Origin: Gammaproteobacteria bacterium
Lineage (GTDB): Bacteria > Pseudomonadota > Gammaproteobacteria > Eutrophobiales > Eutrophobiaceae
Direction: 5' to 3'
Length of the DNA: 64,000 nt
NCBI GenBank assembly: GCA_965221695.1
Contig: OZ244905.1
Span: forward strand, 2,496,001 to 2,560,000
Both the position numbers and the translations under genes were made by a program. The notes under the pieces were generated by a model that searched no databases, had not been told where the DNA came from, and saw only the letters and a program-made list of their open reading frames with translations. Shown piece after piece: positions 19,915 through 30,922 of the stretch (its first letter is position 1; each line of letters starts with the position of its first letter).

Positions 19915-20640
19915 TCAGGGCAGGACCTGGAAGCGCCGGCCATCCTCCAGGGTCAGGCTCTGACCATCAAATGTGACCTTCATGCCGCTATGGTTGCTGT
20001 TGGTAGCGGAAGATCGATTCGCAGATGTCCAGTAGGTGGTATTGAGACTGATCGCGCTATTTTCTGATTCATACCTGCCATAACCGGTTTCAATGCCGTC
20101 TTCATCACCGTTGACAAGGACAAGATAGCCGTCTACGAGCGCCAGCGCGCCGAGTTCCAACTTGTACACCTCGCCCTCAGCGGGTCCGGCCCGCACAAAT
20201 TTCTGCACCGTTCCGCTGTGCATGAAGGTCAATGTCAGTTCATCTCCCGCGCGCATAACATCAACCTCGTGCTCCGTAAGACCGCGTGACGTGAGCGGAG
20301 GCGATTCCGACGGGGCCGTGCTGAGGGTCTGCTCAGCCGCAAGACGGATAGAACCGTCGCCTTCCGAATAAGGCCCCGCATGGGCCATCGACCCCTGCTC
20401 CCGGGACGACTCACCGGTGTACTGGGCGTATTGCAAAAATATGCCGTCTCGGAACACGAAGATGCCGTCCAGCGGCAAATCCTCGCCACCCGCGGTAATC
20501 AAACCGGTGTAGAACCAGAGTCCCTCGACCTGCTGTTCGAGAGAACCCGGCTGTTCCACTTCATTTTCGGCAGGCTCACAACCGTAAAGAAGAAACAGGA
20601 AACAGAAGAAAAAAAGTTTGGCTGACTGATGAGTTTTCAT
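19915..20640 (-). CDS. Hypothetical lipoprotein, beta-rich
   Basis: Signal peptide with lipobox 'FLLYGC'; clean ORF; no family recognised. Confidence 0.6.
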   Translation of the reverse strand: MKTHQSAKLFFFCFLFLLYGCEPAENEVEQPGSLEQQVEGLWFYTGLITAGGEDLPLDGIFVFRDGIFLQYAQYTGESSREQGSMAHAGPYSEGDGSIRLAAEQTLSTAPSESPPLTSRGLTEHEVDVMRAGDELTLTFMHSGTVQKFVRAGPAEGEVYKLELGALALVDGYLVLVNGDEDGIETGYGRYESENSAISLNTTYWTSANRSSATNSNHSGMKVTFDGQSLTLEDGRRFQVLP

Positions 20641-20734
20641 GACACACCTGCAATGGTTGGGTATCCCTGCCATTTTACTCACAGAAACCAGGAAGGGACA
20701 GTTTTCAGTATGACTTAGCTCTGATTCATCTTTA

Positions 20735-20753
20735 GGAAACTCTGATTAAGTCC
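20735..20753 (+). mobile_element. Family A solo end
   Basis: GGAAACTCTGATTAAGTCC; first 18 nt identical to the start of 34459-34489. Confidence 0.6.
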
Positions 20754-20765
20754 GAGCTACATCTA

Positions 20766-21278
20766 TTAATTCGCGAGCGCCTGATAACGATTTCCTTGAA
20801 CCTCCAGATTTTTCTGAAAGGTAACTTTCGCGATCTCAACATCCTCTTCCTTTGGTTTAATCTTTATCCTGGAGTTCTTGATCAGCCATTTAGCCACTTC
20901 ATAGAAATGCCAAAGCGGAATGCTACCGGAAACAGTGGGCTTGGGGAAATTTAAATTGCCTTTCGTTGCCAGTTTCCGAATATTCTGACGCGAACAACCG
21001 AGTAATCCGGCTATATCGGAGATGCCGACCAGATCGGGTTTTAATTCTAATAATTCCGCATCGGGAATTGCTTTGCGGACGTCACGTACTGCTTGCTGAA
21101 TTGCATCTTCTGCTGATTTTGCGTCACGTGAAAAATTCAAAGCTATGGAACCCGGCACTCCGGTTCCAACTATTGCGTCACAACAACCCGCCTCGAACAG
21201 GGCATCCAGGTAATTCTCCGGATTGGAACTGTTTATCGAGAGTGAAAATGTCAATGTAAAGTCAAAAGTCTTCGTCAT
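20766..21278 (-). CDS. Putative antitoxin/DNA-binding protein (HicB-like N-terminus plus HTH)
   Basis: 'LDALFEAGCCDA...F.R.A.SA..AI..A' then HTH 'LVGISDIAGLLGCSRQNIRKL..FPKP'. Confidence 0.65.
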   Translation of the reverse strand: MTKTFDFTLTFSLSINSSNPENYLDALFEAGCCDAIVGTGVPGSIALNFSRDAKSAEDAIQQAVRDVRKAIPDAELLELKPDLVGISDIAGLLGCSRQNIRKLATKGNLNFPKPTVSGSIPLWHFYEVAKWLIKNSRIKIKPKEEDVEIAKVTFQKNLEVQGNRYQALAN

Positions 21279-21283
21279 CTTGA

Positions 21284-21532
21284 TTATTCCTGATCATCAA
21301 TGTTCGCATAGATACAACCGTCGATCTTTTGTCTCAATCTTCTGGCAAAGTTGCCGGGATTTTTCGGAGTGCTCCAGACCGACATCCGACAAAATTGCCC
21401 ACATAGGCAATCAACGCTGTTCTGCGGGCATATCAAAATACCCCAGGCATGACCGCCGGCTTTTTTTACAGTCCATCCTCTTGATTTCGCATAGCGAATG
21501 ACCGCATCAATCTCCTTATAGGGGTGTTGCAT
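21284..21532 (-). CDS. Putative HicA-like toxin with extra cysteines
   Basis: 'YAKSRGWTVKKAGGHAWGILICP...SVWSTPKNP'; small basic ORF 5 nt upstream of the HTH gene. Confidence 0.55.
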   Translation of the reverse strand: MQHPYKEIDAVIRYAKSRGWTVKKAGGHAWGILICPQNSVDCLCGQFCRMSVWSTPKNPGNFARRLRQKIDGCIYANIDDQE

Positions 21533-21566
21533 CTACTTCCTCTAATGATTGTAGTGAGAATAGTAA

Positions 21567-21595
21567 GGAACCTCTGAGTTTAAGTCAGAACTTCC
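21567..21595. mobile_element. Family A 29-bp mini-element
   Basis: GGAACCTCTGA-GTTTAAG-TCAGAACTTCC flanked by GTAA/CTAA. Confidence 0.7.
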
Positions 21596-21611
21596 CTAAT
21601 ATACTACCTTG

Positions 21612-21627
21612 GTTGCCATATGACAAC
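21612..21627. promoter_or_regulatory. Putative operator of the TA-like pair
   Basis: GTTGCCATATGACAAC, palindrome with one mismatch, upstream of the toxin-like gene. Confidence 0.4.
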
Positions 21628-21696
21628 TAAAAATTCTAAAAATTCTGGGGGCAGGATTATCAACCCCACACACGGTATAAAGATATGCTTTTATGC

Positions 21697-23187
21697 TCAG
21701 CCCGCCTGATAATCACCCGTATATTGACTCAGTTGTTTGTTAAATTTCATCAGTCCATCATTGGCTTCCCGGTCGGCTGCATGCGTCAGCAATTCTGTCT
21801 TGACATCGTCGAGAGATGACCAGTTTCTTGCAACGGTGTATTGTTGCAACTGGTGCAGTACTTTGGTGATGGTGCGAAAGCTGTCCTGTCGCGTCGCCTG
21901 GCGTAAACCACCCAGGTAATTTTCACGGCACACTGTCGGTACAATAATCTTGTGTTGATCAGTCGCTACCAGCTCAGCGTTCATCATTATACGCGCCATG
22001 CGTCCATTGCCGTCGTTGAATGGATGCACTTCAGCAATCAGAAAATGCATGAATAAAGCGCGTTTGATACCGGCCTTCACGTGCCTGTATAAATCAAACC
22101 CCTGCAACAGGGTGCCCTCTACCTGTTCCGGCAGAACAAAGTACGTCGTGCCCGCCTGATTGGGCGCGGTTTTTAATTGACCCGGCTGTTTGTCAGGACG
22201 TTGCGCCATCAAAATACTGTGTCGTGATTTCAGTATGTCAATTAAACTGTCGGCGCCAGAAGGGGTACGGGTCATTTCAGCGTGGTCTCGCGCAATGTCG
22301 ATATGGGACAACAAATCATGGCTGTCTTCATGCCGCTGATACAGCGCCCGGCCGGTGGTGACAATGTCTTCGGCTTGTTCAATGGTAAATTGTGTTCCCT
22401 CGATATAATTGGAGAAATAACTTTCAAAGAAAGCAAGATTGCGCCAACCGGCGTTGTCATAGACATAGGCGAATTCACTTAAATCGAGTTTATTGAGATA
22501 ACGTGATAACTCAGAAAAACGATCAAGCCTTTCCCGGTCAAAGGGCTTGCCCAACGCCTGCGCATAACCGGCGCGTGTCGTTAAGACACCATGAGCCGGA
22601 TAGGTCTTTAATATGGCTGATACCATTTTATTGAGTTCTTGCTGTTGCCTTTCCATACCAAGCAATGGCGCCAATACAGCGGCTTCGTCTCTCAGCCGGT
22701 TTACACCGGTTTCACCACGAACAGCCACTTCATTCAGTAATTGTTCCTCCACCCATTCTCGCCCCAATTTTTTTTTGAAGCCCTTTTCAGTACGTACCGA
22801 TGTGATATTTTCCAGCAGTTGGCGCGGCACATAGCTGCGCCGCATCGCCGGCCCGAAAGGTTCAATGCCATGTTCCACATCGCCGGCTTCAATACTCAGT
22901 TGCAGTGAACCGACAGAGACGCTACGGCGTTTGCCCCGGGCTACCATTAAATAGACGCGGTTGTTGAAGGGGCCGAGTTCAAACGCTGTTCTGTAAACAG
23001 CAACCGGCTCGGCAAAGAGAAAATTGGCAATCGCCACCCACTCCGTGTTGATGACCTTCGCTATCTCAGCAGGATCATGGCTATCCACATAGACACAATT
23101 GCGCACCCGAGTCAGTTCACCGCGGCGATAGCGCGTTTGCAGGACCGTGCGTGTGGTGGTATCGGTGACCAAGAGGAGATTTGCCAT
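21697..23187 (-). CDS. Fic family protein with N-terminal AbiEi-like wHTH region
   Basis: Fic motif 'HPFNDGNGRMAR'; 'FFESYFSNYIEGT'; N-terminal 'RGELTRVRNCVY'. Confidence 0.85.
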   Translation of the reverse strand: MANLLLVTDTTTRTVLQTRYRRGELTRVRNCVYVDSHDPAEIAKVINTEWVAIANFLFAEPVAVYRTAFELGPFNNRVYLMVARGKRRSVSVGSLQLSIEAGDVEHGIEPFGPAMRRSYVPRQLLENITSVRTEKGFKKKLGREWVEEQLLNEVAVRGETGVNRLRDEAAVLAPLLGMERQQQELNKMVSAILKTYPAHGVLTTRAGYAQALGKPFDRERLDRFSELSRYLNKLDLSEFAYVYDNAGWRNLAFFESYFSNYIEGTQFTIEQAEDIVTTGRALYQRHEDSHDLLSHIDIARDHAEMTRTPSGADSLIDILKSRHSILMAQRPDKQPGQLKTAPNQAGTTYFVLPEQVEGTLLQGFDLYRHVKAGIKRALFMHFLIAEVHPFNDGNGRMARIMMNAELVATDQHKIIVPTVCRENYLGGLRQATRQDSFRTITKVLHQLQQYTVARNWSSLDDVKTELLTHAADREANDGLMKFNKQLSQYTGDYQAG

Positions 23188-23364
23188 AATTTGCTAGTGT
23201 TTTTGTGGAATTAAAGAAAAACTGTAGCAGTTTTGTTAACTATTTGTCAAAATATATGGCAGTTTTGCAAATAATGCCCTAGCCGATAGGAGGCGAAGTA
23301 TTATTTCCCTCCCATTTTTATTACAATTCACGCCCTTATGCTTCATTACACAGCCAGGTGAGCT

Positions 23365-25257
23365 ATGCGCGCCAGTGAACAGGAATATGACGTTATTGTC
23401 GTCGGCGGTGGTCATGCCGGGACCGAGGCGGCCCTGGCCGCCGCGCGCATGGGCGCGCATACCCTGTTGTTGACCCACAGCATCGATACCCTGGGGCAGA
23501 TGTCGTGCAATCCGGCCATCGGCGGCATCGGTAAAGGCCACCTGGTGAAAGAGATAGACGCCCTGGGAGGGGTCATGGCCGCCGCTGCGGACCGAAGCGG
23601 GATACAGTTTCGCATCCTTAACGCCCGTAAGGGACCGGCGGTGCGGGCCACCCGGGCACAGATTGATCGCAGCCTGTATAAAGGGGTCATCCGGCCGTTG
23701 CTGGAAGGCGCGGATAACCTGCGATTGTTTCAGCAACCCGTGGATGATCTGGTTATCGAAGGCGACCGTATTACCGGTGTCGTGACACAAGCGGGCCTGT
23801 GTTTTCGCGCCCCCTGCGTGGTGTTGACCGTGGGCACATTCCTGGCCGGCAGGATCCACGTGGGCGAAGCCGGATATCAGGGCGGGCGCGCAGGTGAACC
23901 GCCGGCCAATACCCTGGCACAACGCCTGCGCGACCTGCCGTTCCGCACTGGACGCTTGAAGACCGGAACGCCGCCGCGCATCGACGGTCGCAGCATTTAT
24001 TACAGCCGCCTCACCGAACAACCGGGCGATGATCCCACACCGGTATTCTCGTTCCTGGGCGCGCCTGCACAGCGGCCGCGGCAAGTGTCCTGCCATATAA
24101 CCCATACCAATGAACGCACCCATGACATCATCCGCGCCGGTCTGGATCGCTCGCCGATGTACAACGGGATGATTGAGAGCGTCGGGCCGCGCTACTGCCC
24201 CTCGGTGGAAGACAAGGTCGTGCGCTTCGCCGACCGGACCTCGCACCAGATCTTTGTCGAACCGGAAGGATTGACCACGACGGAAGTCTATCCGAACGGC
24301 ATATCCACCAGCCTCCCTTATGACGTGCAACACGACCTGGTGCGCTCGATCAACGGGTTTGAACAAGCGCGTATTACCCGGCCCGGTTATGCGATAGAGT
24401 ACGATTATTTTGATCCCCGCGACCTGCAACCGTGGCTCGAGACCAAGTCCGTCTCCGGCCTGTTTTTCGCCGGCCAGATCAACGGCACAACCGGCTATGA
24501 AGAGGCCGCCTGCCAGGGACTGGTGGCCGGCATCAATGCGGCTTTGCGGATCCAGCAACGTGACCCGTGGAGCCTGCGCCGCGACCAAGGTTATATCGGC
24601 GTGCTGATCGATGACCTGACCAGCCGCGGCGTCACCGAACCCTACCGCATGTTTACCAGTCGGGCTGAATACCGACTGTTGCTGCGGGAGGACAACGCCG
24701 ACCTGCGCCTGACCGAGGTCGGACGTGAACTCGGCCTGGTGGATGATGAGAGATGGCGCAGTTTCGAGGATAAGCGCGACGCGATTGACGCAGAGCAGCA
24801 ACGCCTGGCTGCGTTTCGGATTGCACCGAATGCCCTGCCTGCGGATGTTGCCGAGGCGGCGCTTGGACAACCGCTGCGTAAGGATGTCAACCTGCTGCAG
24901 CTACTGCGCCGTCCCGACATCGGTTATGCAGACCTGGCGCGCCTGCCCGGTTTTGAGCCTGCCGGGATAACGCCGGAAGTTGCCGAGCAGATAGAGGCAC
25001 AAGCCAAGTACCACGGCTATATCGAACGCCAGCAACAGGATATAGCCCGCAACCGGCGGGATGAGGATGCCCGCTTTCCCGATGATGTGGATTTCCTCTC
25101 GGTGATCGGCCTGTCGGCGGAAGTGGCGCAAAAACTTTCAAAGCAACGGCCACACACCCTGGGCCAGGCTTCCCGCATCCCGGGCGTCACCCCCGCGGCG
25201 GTGTCCCTGTTGCGGGTACATCTGAAGAAGCATTCCCTAATGAAAAACGCCTCGTAA
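23365..25257 (+). CDS. mnmG: tRNA uridine-5-carboxymethylaminomethyl(34) synthesis enzyme MnmG (GidA)
   Basis: '[12 protein letters not shown]', '[13 protein letters not shown]', 'GPRYCPS.EDK', '[13 protein letters not shown]', '[14 protein letters not shown]'. Confidence 0.98.
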   Translation: MRASEQEYDVIVVGGGHAGTEAALAAARMGAHTLLLTHSIDTLGQMSCNPAIGGIGKGHLVKEIDALGGVMAAAADRSGIQFRILNARKGPAVRATRAQIDRSLYKGVIRPLLEGADNLRLFQQPVDDLVIEGDRITGVVTQAGLCFRAPCVVLTVGTFLAGRIHVGEAGYQGGRAGEPPANTLAQRLRDLPFRTGRLKTGTPPRIDGRSIYYSRLTEQPGDDPTPVFSFLGAPAQRPRQVSCHITHTNERTHDIIRAGLDRSPMYNGMIESVGPRYCPSVEDKVVRFADRTSHQIFVEPEGLTTTEVYPNGISTSLPYDVQHDLVRSINGFEQARITRPGYAIEYDYFDPRDLQPWLETKSVSGLFFAGQINGTTGYEEAACQGLVAGINAALRIQQRDPWSLRRDQGYIGVLIDDLTSRGVTEPYRMFTSRAEYRLLLREDNADLRLTEVGRELGLVDDERWRSFEDKRDAIDAEQQRLAAFRIAPNALPADVAEAALGQPLRKDVNLLQLLRRPDIGYADLARLPGFEPAGITPEVAEQIEAQAKYHGYIERQQQDIARNRRDEDARFPDDVDFLSVIGLSAEVAQKLSKQRPHTLGQASRIPGVTPAAVSLLRVHLKKHSLMKNAS

Positions 25258-25264
25258 GAGTCGC

Positions 25265-28000
25265 CTAAATTATCTTTCTTTCCTGCGCTGCGGTAATGGC
25301 CAGCAGGCGGTTATGCACCTGGAGTTTGTGGTAGATATTCTTCAGGTGAAAACGGACCGTGTTCTCCGAAATACCGATGTTTCTGGCAATCAGCTTGTTG
25401 GACAGGCCTTGGGCCAGGTGCGTGAGAACTTCATTCTCTCTTTTGCTCAACAGTTCGTCATCGGCGTCAGGGACTTCGGCGGCGCTGAAGCGGCCGGCTA
25501 TTGCGGCAGCTTGCTGCCTGTATTCGGCCGGAGCAGCCGTATGTGCCGGCGCTTGCAGGTACAATCCCAGCATCTCCTGCAATTCGTTACCGGCGTCGAT
25601 GAACGGTCGTACAAAACCAGACCGCAAGGACAGCCCCAGGGCCAGTTCCAGGTACTTGAACGCAGAGGCGGGATCGTTTTTCCCCTGATACGCGAGGCTC
25701 GCCAATAACGCGTATTTCAGGTTCGGTTTCAGGTGGCCGCTGGATTCTGCATGGCGAGAGAAATAGCGAAGTGTTGCCAGCGCTTCATCATAGTTCTTTT
25801 CTCTGATTTGCAGCATCGTAATCGAGTTGACTGCGGCGTGACGCTCGCGCCAGGCAATATCACTCTGTCCCGGATTTCGATAATGTTCCAGCCGCAGCCC
25901 CGAATTTTTCAGCGCGCGGCTTGCTTTCCTGTCCAGCCCGGCGCGCAGTAGCAGGTTGATACGCTGAAACACCAGCAGGTTGATTAAACGTTCCAGCTTC
26001 TGCTCTTCCGCATAGACCAGCGAACGATCCAGCAATGACTCTGCCGCGTCAATACCGTGCCTGGCAAATTCAACATTGCTCGCAGTCGTATAACCCGCAG
26101 CGTAGATGTCAAACCAGGCTTCATGTTCTTCAAGTTGCCTGGCAATGGAAGCGGTTGTGTTGGACAGGCCACGCAACCGGTTCATCTCGTAATTCAACTC
26201 CGCCGTAAACACCCTGGCGACGAGCTTGATGCCCAGGTCATCATTGAAATGCCGCCTTCCCAGGTTCAATCCTTCCTGGTAGTGATTACGCGCCTGGTCG
26301 CTGTCTCCCTCGGCGAAAGCCATATCGCCCTGGTGGAATCGGATGTAGGCCTCGCCGTAGTATGAACCAATCAGCCGGTATTTTTTCAGCGCCTCGCCGG
26401 CATAGTGGCGAGCCTCCCGTAACATCCCGCGCTGTGCGTAGGCGACACAGAGCAGGTTGTAGTGGTAACCGAGGTTGGCATAATCGTGCCGGTCGATCAT
26501 GGAAATGTTGCTCTTGAGTCGGGAACAGAACGGCTCGGACAACATCTTGCCTTCGTAGCACGCGAGCAGTGTTTCCACCAGCATCAGTTCGTGGTCAATG
26601 CGCTCCCGCTCCGCAGGGTCGTAACTATCCCGTGAGGCAGGGTAACGCGTCTGCATCGCAAGGTAACGGTCGCGCGCCCGGTAGACTTTCCCGTCTTTTA
26701 TATCCAGGATACAACGGATAGCAGTGATCCGGGGCGCCGCGCAAACAGTGTCTTCATCCAGCAGCGCCAGCGCCGCTCGAAGACGCGTCAATCCCTCCCG
26801 CAACCATAACATCACACCGCCCATCTGTTCGATGATCTCCACGGCTCGCCGTGGACTGCCTGCCTGTTGCGCGTGTCTGACAGCCCGGACAAGATCTTTT
26901 TTCCCGACGAACCAATCTGCAGCGCGCAGATGCAACCGTATTGCGCGTTCCGGGTCGGCGAGTGACAGCTTATGCTGCAAATACTCGCGCAACAACGGGT
27001 GTAGCCGGTACGCGTTTCTTAGCTGTTCAAACGGGAGCAACAGTGTGTTCAATGTCAGGCAGGCATCGAACAGGGCAGCGCTGTCTTCGGTTTCACGCAA
27101 GAAGTCCGCCAGTTCACAGGAAATCCCGTCCAGCAACGAAATATCCATCAGGAACCCCTGCAACCTGCTGTCCAATCCCTGAAATATCTGCTCTGACAGG
27201 TAAGTGGTAATGACGCTGGATGTCGAGGTCAGCCTGGCCAATACCCGGTTGACGTCGCGGTCGGACTTCAGGGAGCTCCTGAGCATCTGGACTGCCACCG
27301 GCCAGCCTTCCGTAATACGCAGTATCTCGACGATGGTTTCCTCCGGCAGGTAATCCGCAAAGAACAGCTTGAGTTCATCCATCGTGAAATTGAGCGCCGG
27401 CGCCGGAAGACGGCGCGCCAGCCCCTCCATTTCCAACTTCGCCACCTTCAATCTGCGGTCGTCCCTGGTTGCGACCCCGAGGTGCAGGTTGGCCGGCGCA
27501 TGGGTCAACAATGGGTGGATTACCCTGTCGATCGCGTCTTCATTGAGAGTCTCGAAGTCATCAAGAATGAGAACGATTTTTTGTTCGTCGACTTCGATTA
27601 CACGACGGACCACGTTCAGCAGTGTGTCTGCGGAAATCTCGCTGAAATGGAATTTTTCCGATATGCCGGCGCGGGCAAAGTCCACACCGCCTACATACAG
27701 CGAATAGGCAATATAGGTCAGAAGCTGGAATGCGTCATTATCTTCCTCTTCCAGCGACAGCCAGCAGGTTTTTACCTGGGCCCGCAGCAACTTATTGCGC
27801 CAGTCGGCGTAGAGCGTGCTCTTGCCGTAGCCAGCCGGTGCGCAAACCAGGGATAAGGTAGCATCCAGGCACGCGTCGAGCTGCCTGATCAGTGATGGTC
27901 GTTTCAATACGTCCACGCGCTGGCGGGTGGGGCACACCTTTGAACGCAATAGCCAGGGCGGGAACAGGGAATTGAATTCCGATCCGGGTATCGCCTTCAT
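25265..28000 (-). CDS. MalT-like STAND ATPase/LuxR transcriptional regulator
   Basis: Walker A 'APAGYGKST', 'TEGWPVA', TPR-like middle, LuxR HTH 'LSKRENEVL...GLSNK.IA...[13 protein letters not shown]'. Confidence 0.9.
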   Translation of the reverse strand: MKAIPGSEFNSLFPPWLLRSKVCPTRQRVDVLKRPSLIRQLDACLDATLSLVCAPAGYGKSTLYADWRNKLLRAQVKTCWLSLEEEDNDAFQLLTYIAYSLYVGGVDFARAGISEKFHFSEISADTLLNVVRRVIEVDEQKIVLILDDFETLNEDAIDRVIHPLLTHAPANLHLGVATRDDRRLKVAKLEMEGLARRLPAPALNFTMDELKLFFADYLPEETIVEILRITEGWPVAVQMLRSSLKSDRDVNRVLARLTSTSSVITTYLSEQIFQGLDSRLQGFLMDISLLDGISCELADFLRETEDSAALFDACLTLNTLLLPFEQLRNAYRLHPLLREYLQHKLSLADPERAIRLHLRAADWFVGKKDLVRAVRHAQQAGSPRRAVEIIEQMGGVMLWLREGLTRLRAALALLDEDTVCAAPRITAIRCILDIKDGKVYRARDRYLAMQTRYPASRDSYDPAERERIDHELMLVETLLACYEGKMLSEPFCSRLKSNISMIDRHDYANLGYHYNLLCVAYAQRGMLREARHYAGEALKKYRLIGSYYGEAYIRFHQGDMAFAEGDSDQARNHYQEGLNLGRRHFNDDLGIKLVARVFTAELNYEMNRLRGLSNTTASIARQLEEHEAWFDIYAAGYTTASNVEFARHGIDAAESLLDRSLVYAEEQKLERLINLLVFQRINLLLRAGLDRKASRALKNSGLRLEHYRNPGQSDIAWRERHAAVNSITMLQIREKNYDEALATLRYFSRHAESSGHLKPNLKYALLASLAYQGKNDPASAFKYLELALGLSLRSGFVRPFIDAGNELQEMLGLYLQAPAHTAAPAEYRQQAAAIAGRFSAAEVPDADDELLSKRENEVLTHLAQGLSNKLIARNIGISENTVRFHLKNIYHKLQVHNRLLAITAAQERKII

Positions 28001-28179
28001 GGAATTACATTATGTTGGCGAATCCTGTGTGTCAATAGCGCAAGCGCCCGACCTACCCGTTCGTGCAGGTTATGGATTCACGCAGAATACGCGGCGCTAC
28101 TCAACGCAATCGGTAAACCACACCTCAAACGTGATGACTTCTGATAAAAACCGTCTAACCTGAAAATTTCGACCGGTGG

Positions 28180-28312
28180 CATGCAACTGTTGGCACAAGG
28201 TCAAGGCATTTTACTGTACCACTCCCATGAAAACGGGAGTCCAGTAGAACAGGGTGTCGCCTGCAGGACAACTCTTCAGTTTACTGGATTCCCGTTTTCA
28301 CGGGAATGGTAC
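28180..28312. repeat. Family B element (tail plus REP doublet with central hairpin)
   Basis: GTACCACTCCCATGAAAACGGGAGTCCAGT (28216-28245) ... ACTGGATTCCCGTTTTCACGGGAATGGTAC (28283-28312); upstream GCATGCAACTGTTGGCACAAGGTCAAGGCATT is the tail. Confidence 0.78.
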
Positions 28313-28375
28313 GGGGCATAGGTTATACAAATGAAACGGGGCAGGACAGTATGGGTGTCCTGTGTTACGGAGGGT

Positions 28376-28756
28376 GTTGCAATTATCAGAATAGGCGTGG
28401 ATGTGGGGGGAACCAATACCGATGCGGTGTTGATGGACGGGCGCGAGGTAAAAGCCGCGCACAAGGCGCGTACCCACGCGCGGGTCAGCGAGGGCATCCT
28501 GGCTGCAATAAGCCATGTGCTTGCCCATTCCGGGGTTGCCGCCGCGGATGTTCAGGCCGTTATGGTTGGGACTACTCATTTCACCAATGCGTTTGTCGAA
28601 CGCCGGCGATTGCAACCTGTGGGCGTGCTTCGCCTGGCTTTGCCGGCCACCCGCGGCGTACCGCCGATGGTGATTGGCCCGCAGGCATTCGGTCTTGAAG
28701 AAGAGTTTATTCCCATTGAAACGTTAATGAAGACCCGAATTAAAGAGGACGGATAA
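28376..28756 (+). pseudogene. Chimeric relic: hydantoinase A N-terminus fused in frame to a probable DUF917-type C-terminus
   Basis: 'RIGVDVGGTNTDAV...VMVGTTHFTNA...RLALPAT..VPP' stops after about 100 aa and continues as 'IGPQAFGLEEEFIPIE'. Confidence 0.7.
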
Positions 28757-30907
28757 ATGAAGCAAAATACCAGCAAATTCATCTTATACATACTATTGCT
28801 GCCTGTTGTGCTGTCTTGGGCAGCGCGTACGCCGGCGCAGGAAGACGGATTGCAGATCGAGGAGATCATTGTCACCGCACAAAAGCGCGAGCAAAACCTG
28901 AACGATGTCGGCGTTGCCGTTACGGTGGTCGCCGGTGCGGTTGTACGCGCGCAGCGACTGGGGCAACCTGTCGATCTCGCCGCGCAGACACCCAACCTGA
29001 ACATCAACGAAACCTTCGGCAACAGTATCACCAATGTCAGTATTCGCGGCCTGGGCCTGAATGATTATGCGGTCAATAACAACCCTGCGGCCGGGATTTA
29101 TGTCGATGATGTGTACCTGGTCTCCCCGGCCATGCTCGGCTTCCAGATGTTCGACCTGGAGCGGGTTGAAGTACTGAAAGGCCCACAGGGCACACTGTAC
29201 GGCCGCAATACCACTGCGGGAGCCATGAAGTTCATCAGCAGGAAACCCACTGAGGAAGCTGGCGGCTACCTCTCCGCTGATTACGGCAGGTATGACCACT
29301 TCATGCTCGAGGGCGCGCTGGGTGGGCAGTTGGCGCCGGGTCTGACCGGCCGTGTCGCCTTGCAGACCTCCCAGCGCGCGGACGGCTTCCAGCAAAACCG
29401 GGCCAGCGGCGGCAAGGTCGGCGATATCGAACGTACTGCCTGGCGCGGCCTGCTCAACTGGAAGCCAACCGCAGCGCTGGATATCCTGCTCAATGTGCAT
29501 GGCGGCATCGACAAGTCCGATACGCTGCTGGTGAAGGTGGACAACCTGTTCACGCCAGAGGATGACGGTATTGCCGACCCTTACAGCTCCGCGGCCGGAA
29601 ACGACACGCAATTGGACAATGAAAACCATGGCGCATCGTTGACCGTCAACCTGGACTTGTCCGCGGCGCTGACCTTGACCTCTGTTACCGGCTATGAGGA
29701 CTACGAACGCAGCCACGCTGAAGACCGGGACGGTTCCGCGCTAGTGCACCTGGACGGGCTGTTCCTGAATGATATTGAACAGTTATCCCAGGAACTGCGG
29801 CTGACCTATACCGGGCCGGAGCTGATATTGATCGGTGGCCTGTTCTACGGCCGCGACGAGGTGTCAACGCGGGATTACTTCGATACGGTAGACCTGCCGT
29901 TCCCATTCACCTTCATCGGCAATGAATACGACCAGGAAGCAGATTCCTATGCCGTGTTCGGCCATGCCGAATGGCAGTTGCATCAGGACTGGAAGATCAC
30001 CGCCGGCCTGCGCTATACGGAAGAAGACAAAAAGTTCAAGAATGCCTTCACTTTCGCAGACCTGGGCCGCAGCGGGGCTGCGGTCCAGGTTCACCCGACG
30101 GTCAACAATGAATACAACGTATCAAACCTGTCAGGAAAAGCTGGTATCGACTACACGGGACTCGACAATGCCTTGTTGTATGCCAGTTTCAGCCGTGGTT
30201 TCAAGTCCGGCAATTTTCAGGGTCAGCTCACCTTCAACGCGGCCGACCTGCAACCGTTCGACAAAGAGCTTGTTTCCGCCTATGAGATCGGCGCCAAGTT
30301 GCAACTGCTGGACAACAGCTTGCAGTTTAACCTGGCCGGGTTCTTCTATGACTATGAAGGCGTGCAGATTTACGGTCCGATATTCCAGGGTCCCGCTGAT
30401 ATCGGCCCCCTGTTCGGTATTACCAACGCCGGCGATGCGGAGGTGTACGGTGCGGAATTTGAGCTGTTATGGCGCGCCGCGCCCGGATTGGACATACGTC
30501 TCGGTCTGGGTTTGCTGGATACCGAGATCACGAAGTCGTTTGTGCCCAATGTAGAAAAGGGGAGCGACCTGCCCAATTCGCCGAACCTGAATTTCAATGC
30601 CGCAGTGGGCTACCAATGGAACCTGACACCGGGCCTGGTAGCCGACATCATGTTGGATGCGTCCTATAAGGACGATGTCTCATACGACATCGTCAACCAG
30701 CCGCAGGAGACCCTGGAAGACGGCTACTGGATTGCCAACGCCCGTGCCGGCATCAGCGCCGCCGGCGGGGGCTGGGGCATTCACTTCTGGGGCAAAAACA
30801 TCACCGACGAAGTCTACCGTACCCAAGTGCTGACCTCTACGGTCGGTTTCGGCGCAAACTACGGGCTGCCCGCCACCTACGGGGTCAGCCTGGACCTGAA
30901 CTGGTGA
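28757..30907 (+). CDS. TonB-dependent receptor
   Basis: 'IEEIIVTAQKREQ', 'DLERVEVLKGPQGTLYGRNTTAG', C-terminal W. Confidence 0.92.
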   Translation: MKQNTSKFILYILLLPVVLSWAARTPAQEDGLQIEEIIVTAQKREQNLNDVGVAVTVVAGAVVRAQRLGQPVDLAAQTPNLNINETFGNSITNVSIRGLGLNDYAVNNNPAAGIYVDDVYLVSPAMLGFQMFDLERVEVLKGPQGTLYGRNTTAGAMKFISRKPTEEAGGYLSADYGRYDHFMLEGALGGQLAPGLTGRVALQTSQRADGFQQNRASGGKVGDIERTAWRGLLNWKPTAALDILLNVHGGIDKSDTLLVKVDNLFTPEDDGIADPYSSAAGNDTQLDNENHGASLTVNLDLSAALTLTSVTGYEDYERSHAEDRDGSALVHLDGLFLNDIEQLSQELRLTYTGPELILIGGLFYGRDEVSTRDYFDTVDLPFPFTFIGNEYDQEADSYAVFGHAEWQLHQDWKITAGLRYTEEDKKFKNAFTFADLGRSGAAVQVHPTVNNEYNVSNLSGKAGIDYTGLDNALLYASFSRGFKSGNFQGQLTFNAADLQPFDKELVSAYEIGAKLQLLDNSLQFNLAGFFYDYEGVQIYGPIFQGPADIGPLFGITNAGDAEVYGAEFELLWRAAPGLDIRLGLGLLDTEITKSFVPNVEKGSDLPNSPNLNFNAAVGYQWNLTPGLVADIMLDASYKDDVSYDIVNQPQETLEDGYWIANARAGISAAGGGWGIHFWGKNITDEVYRTQVLTSTVGFGANYGLPATYGVSLDLNW

Positions 30908-30922
30908 AGGCCTGGGGCAAGC

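Noticed and set aside
21120-21135. parS-like TGCGTCACGTGAAAAA
   Set aside because: Three mismatches to TGTTTCACGTGAAACA and inside a CDS; no convincing parS was seen by eye
20735-21595. Composite transposon carrying the TA-like pair between family A ends
   Set aside because: Flanks (TTTA/CTAA) do not match and the pair's putative operator lies outside the bracket
23188-23364. Possible oriC upstream of mnmG
   Set aside because: AT-rich, but only one weak DnaA-box-like sequence (TGTGGAATT) and no box cluster or GATC array; more likely divergent promoters
23236-24870. 544-aa antisense ORF, and similar long antisense ORFs (3977-4906, 5577-6416, 12480-13457, 15849-16802, 28793-29716)
   Set aside because: Shadow frames of well-supported genes in GC-rich DNA; no recognisable motifs
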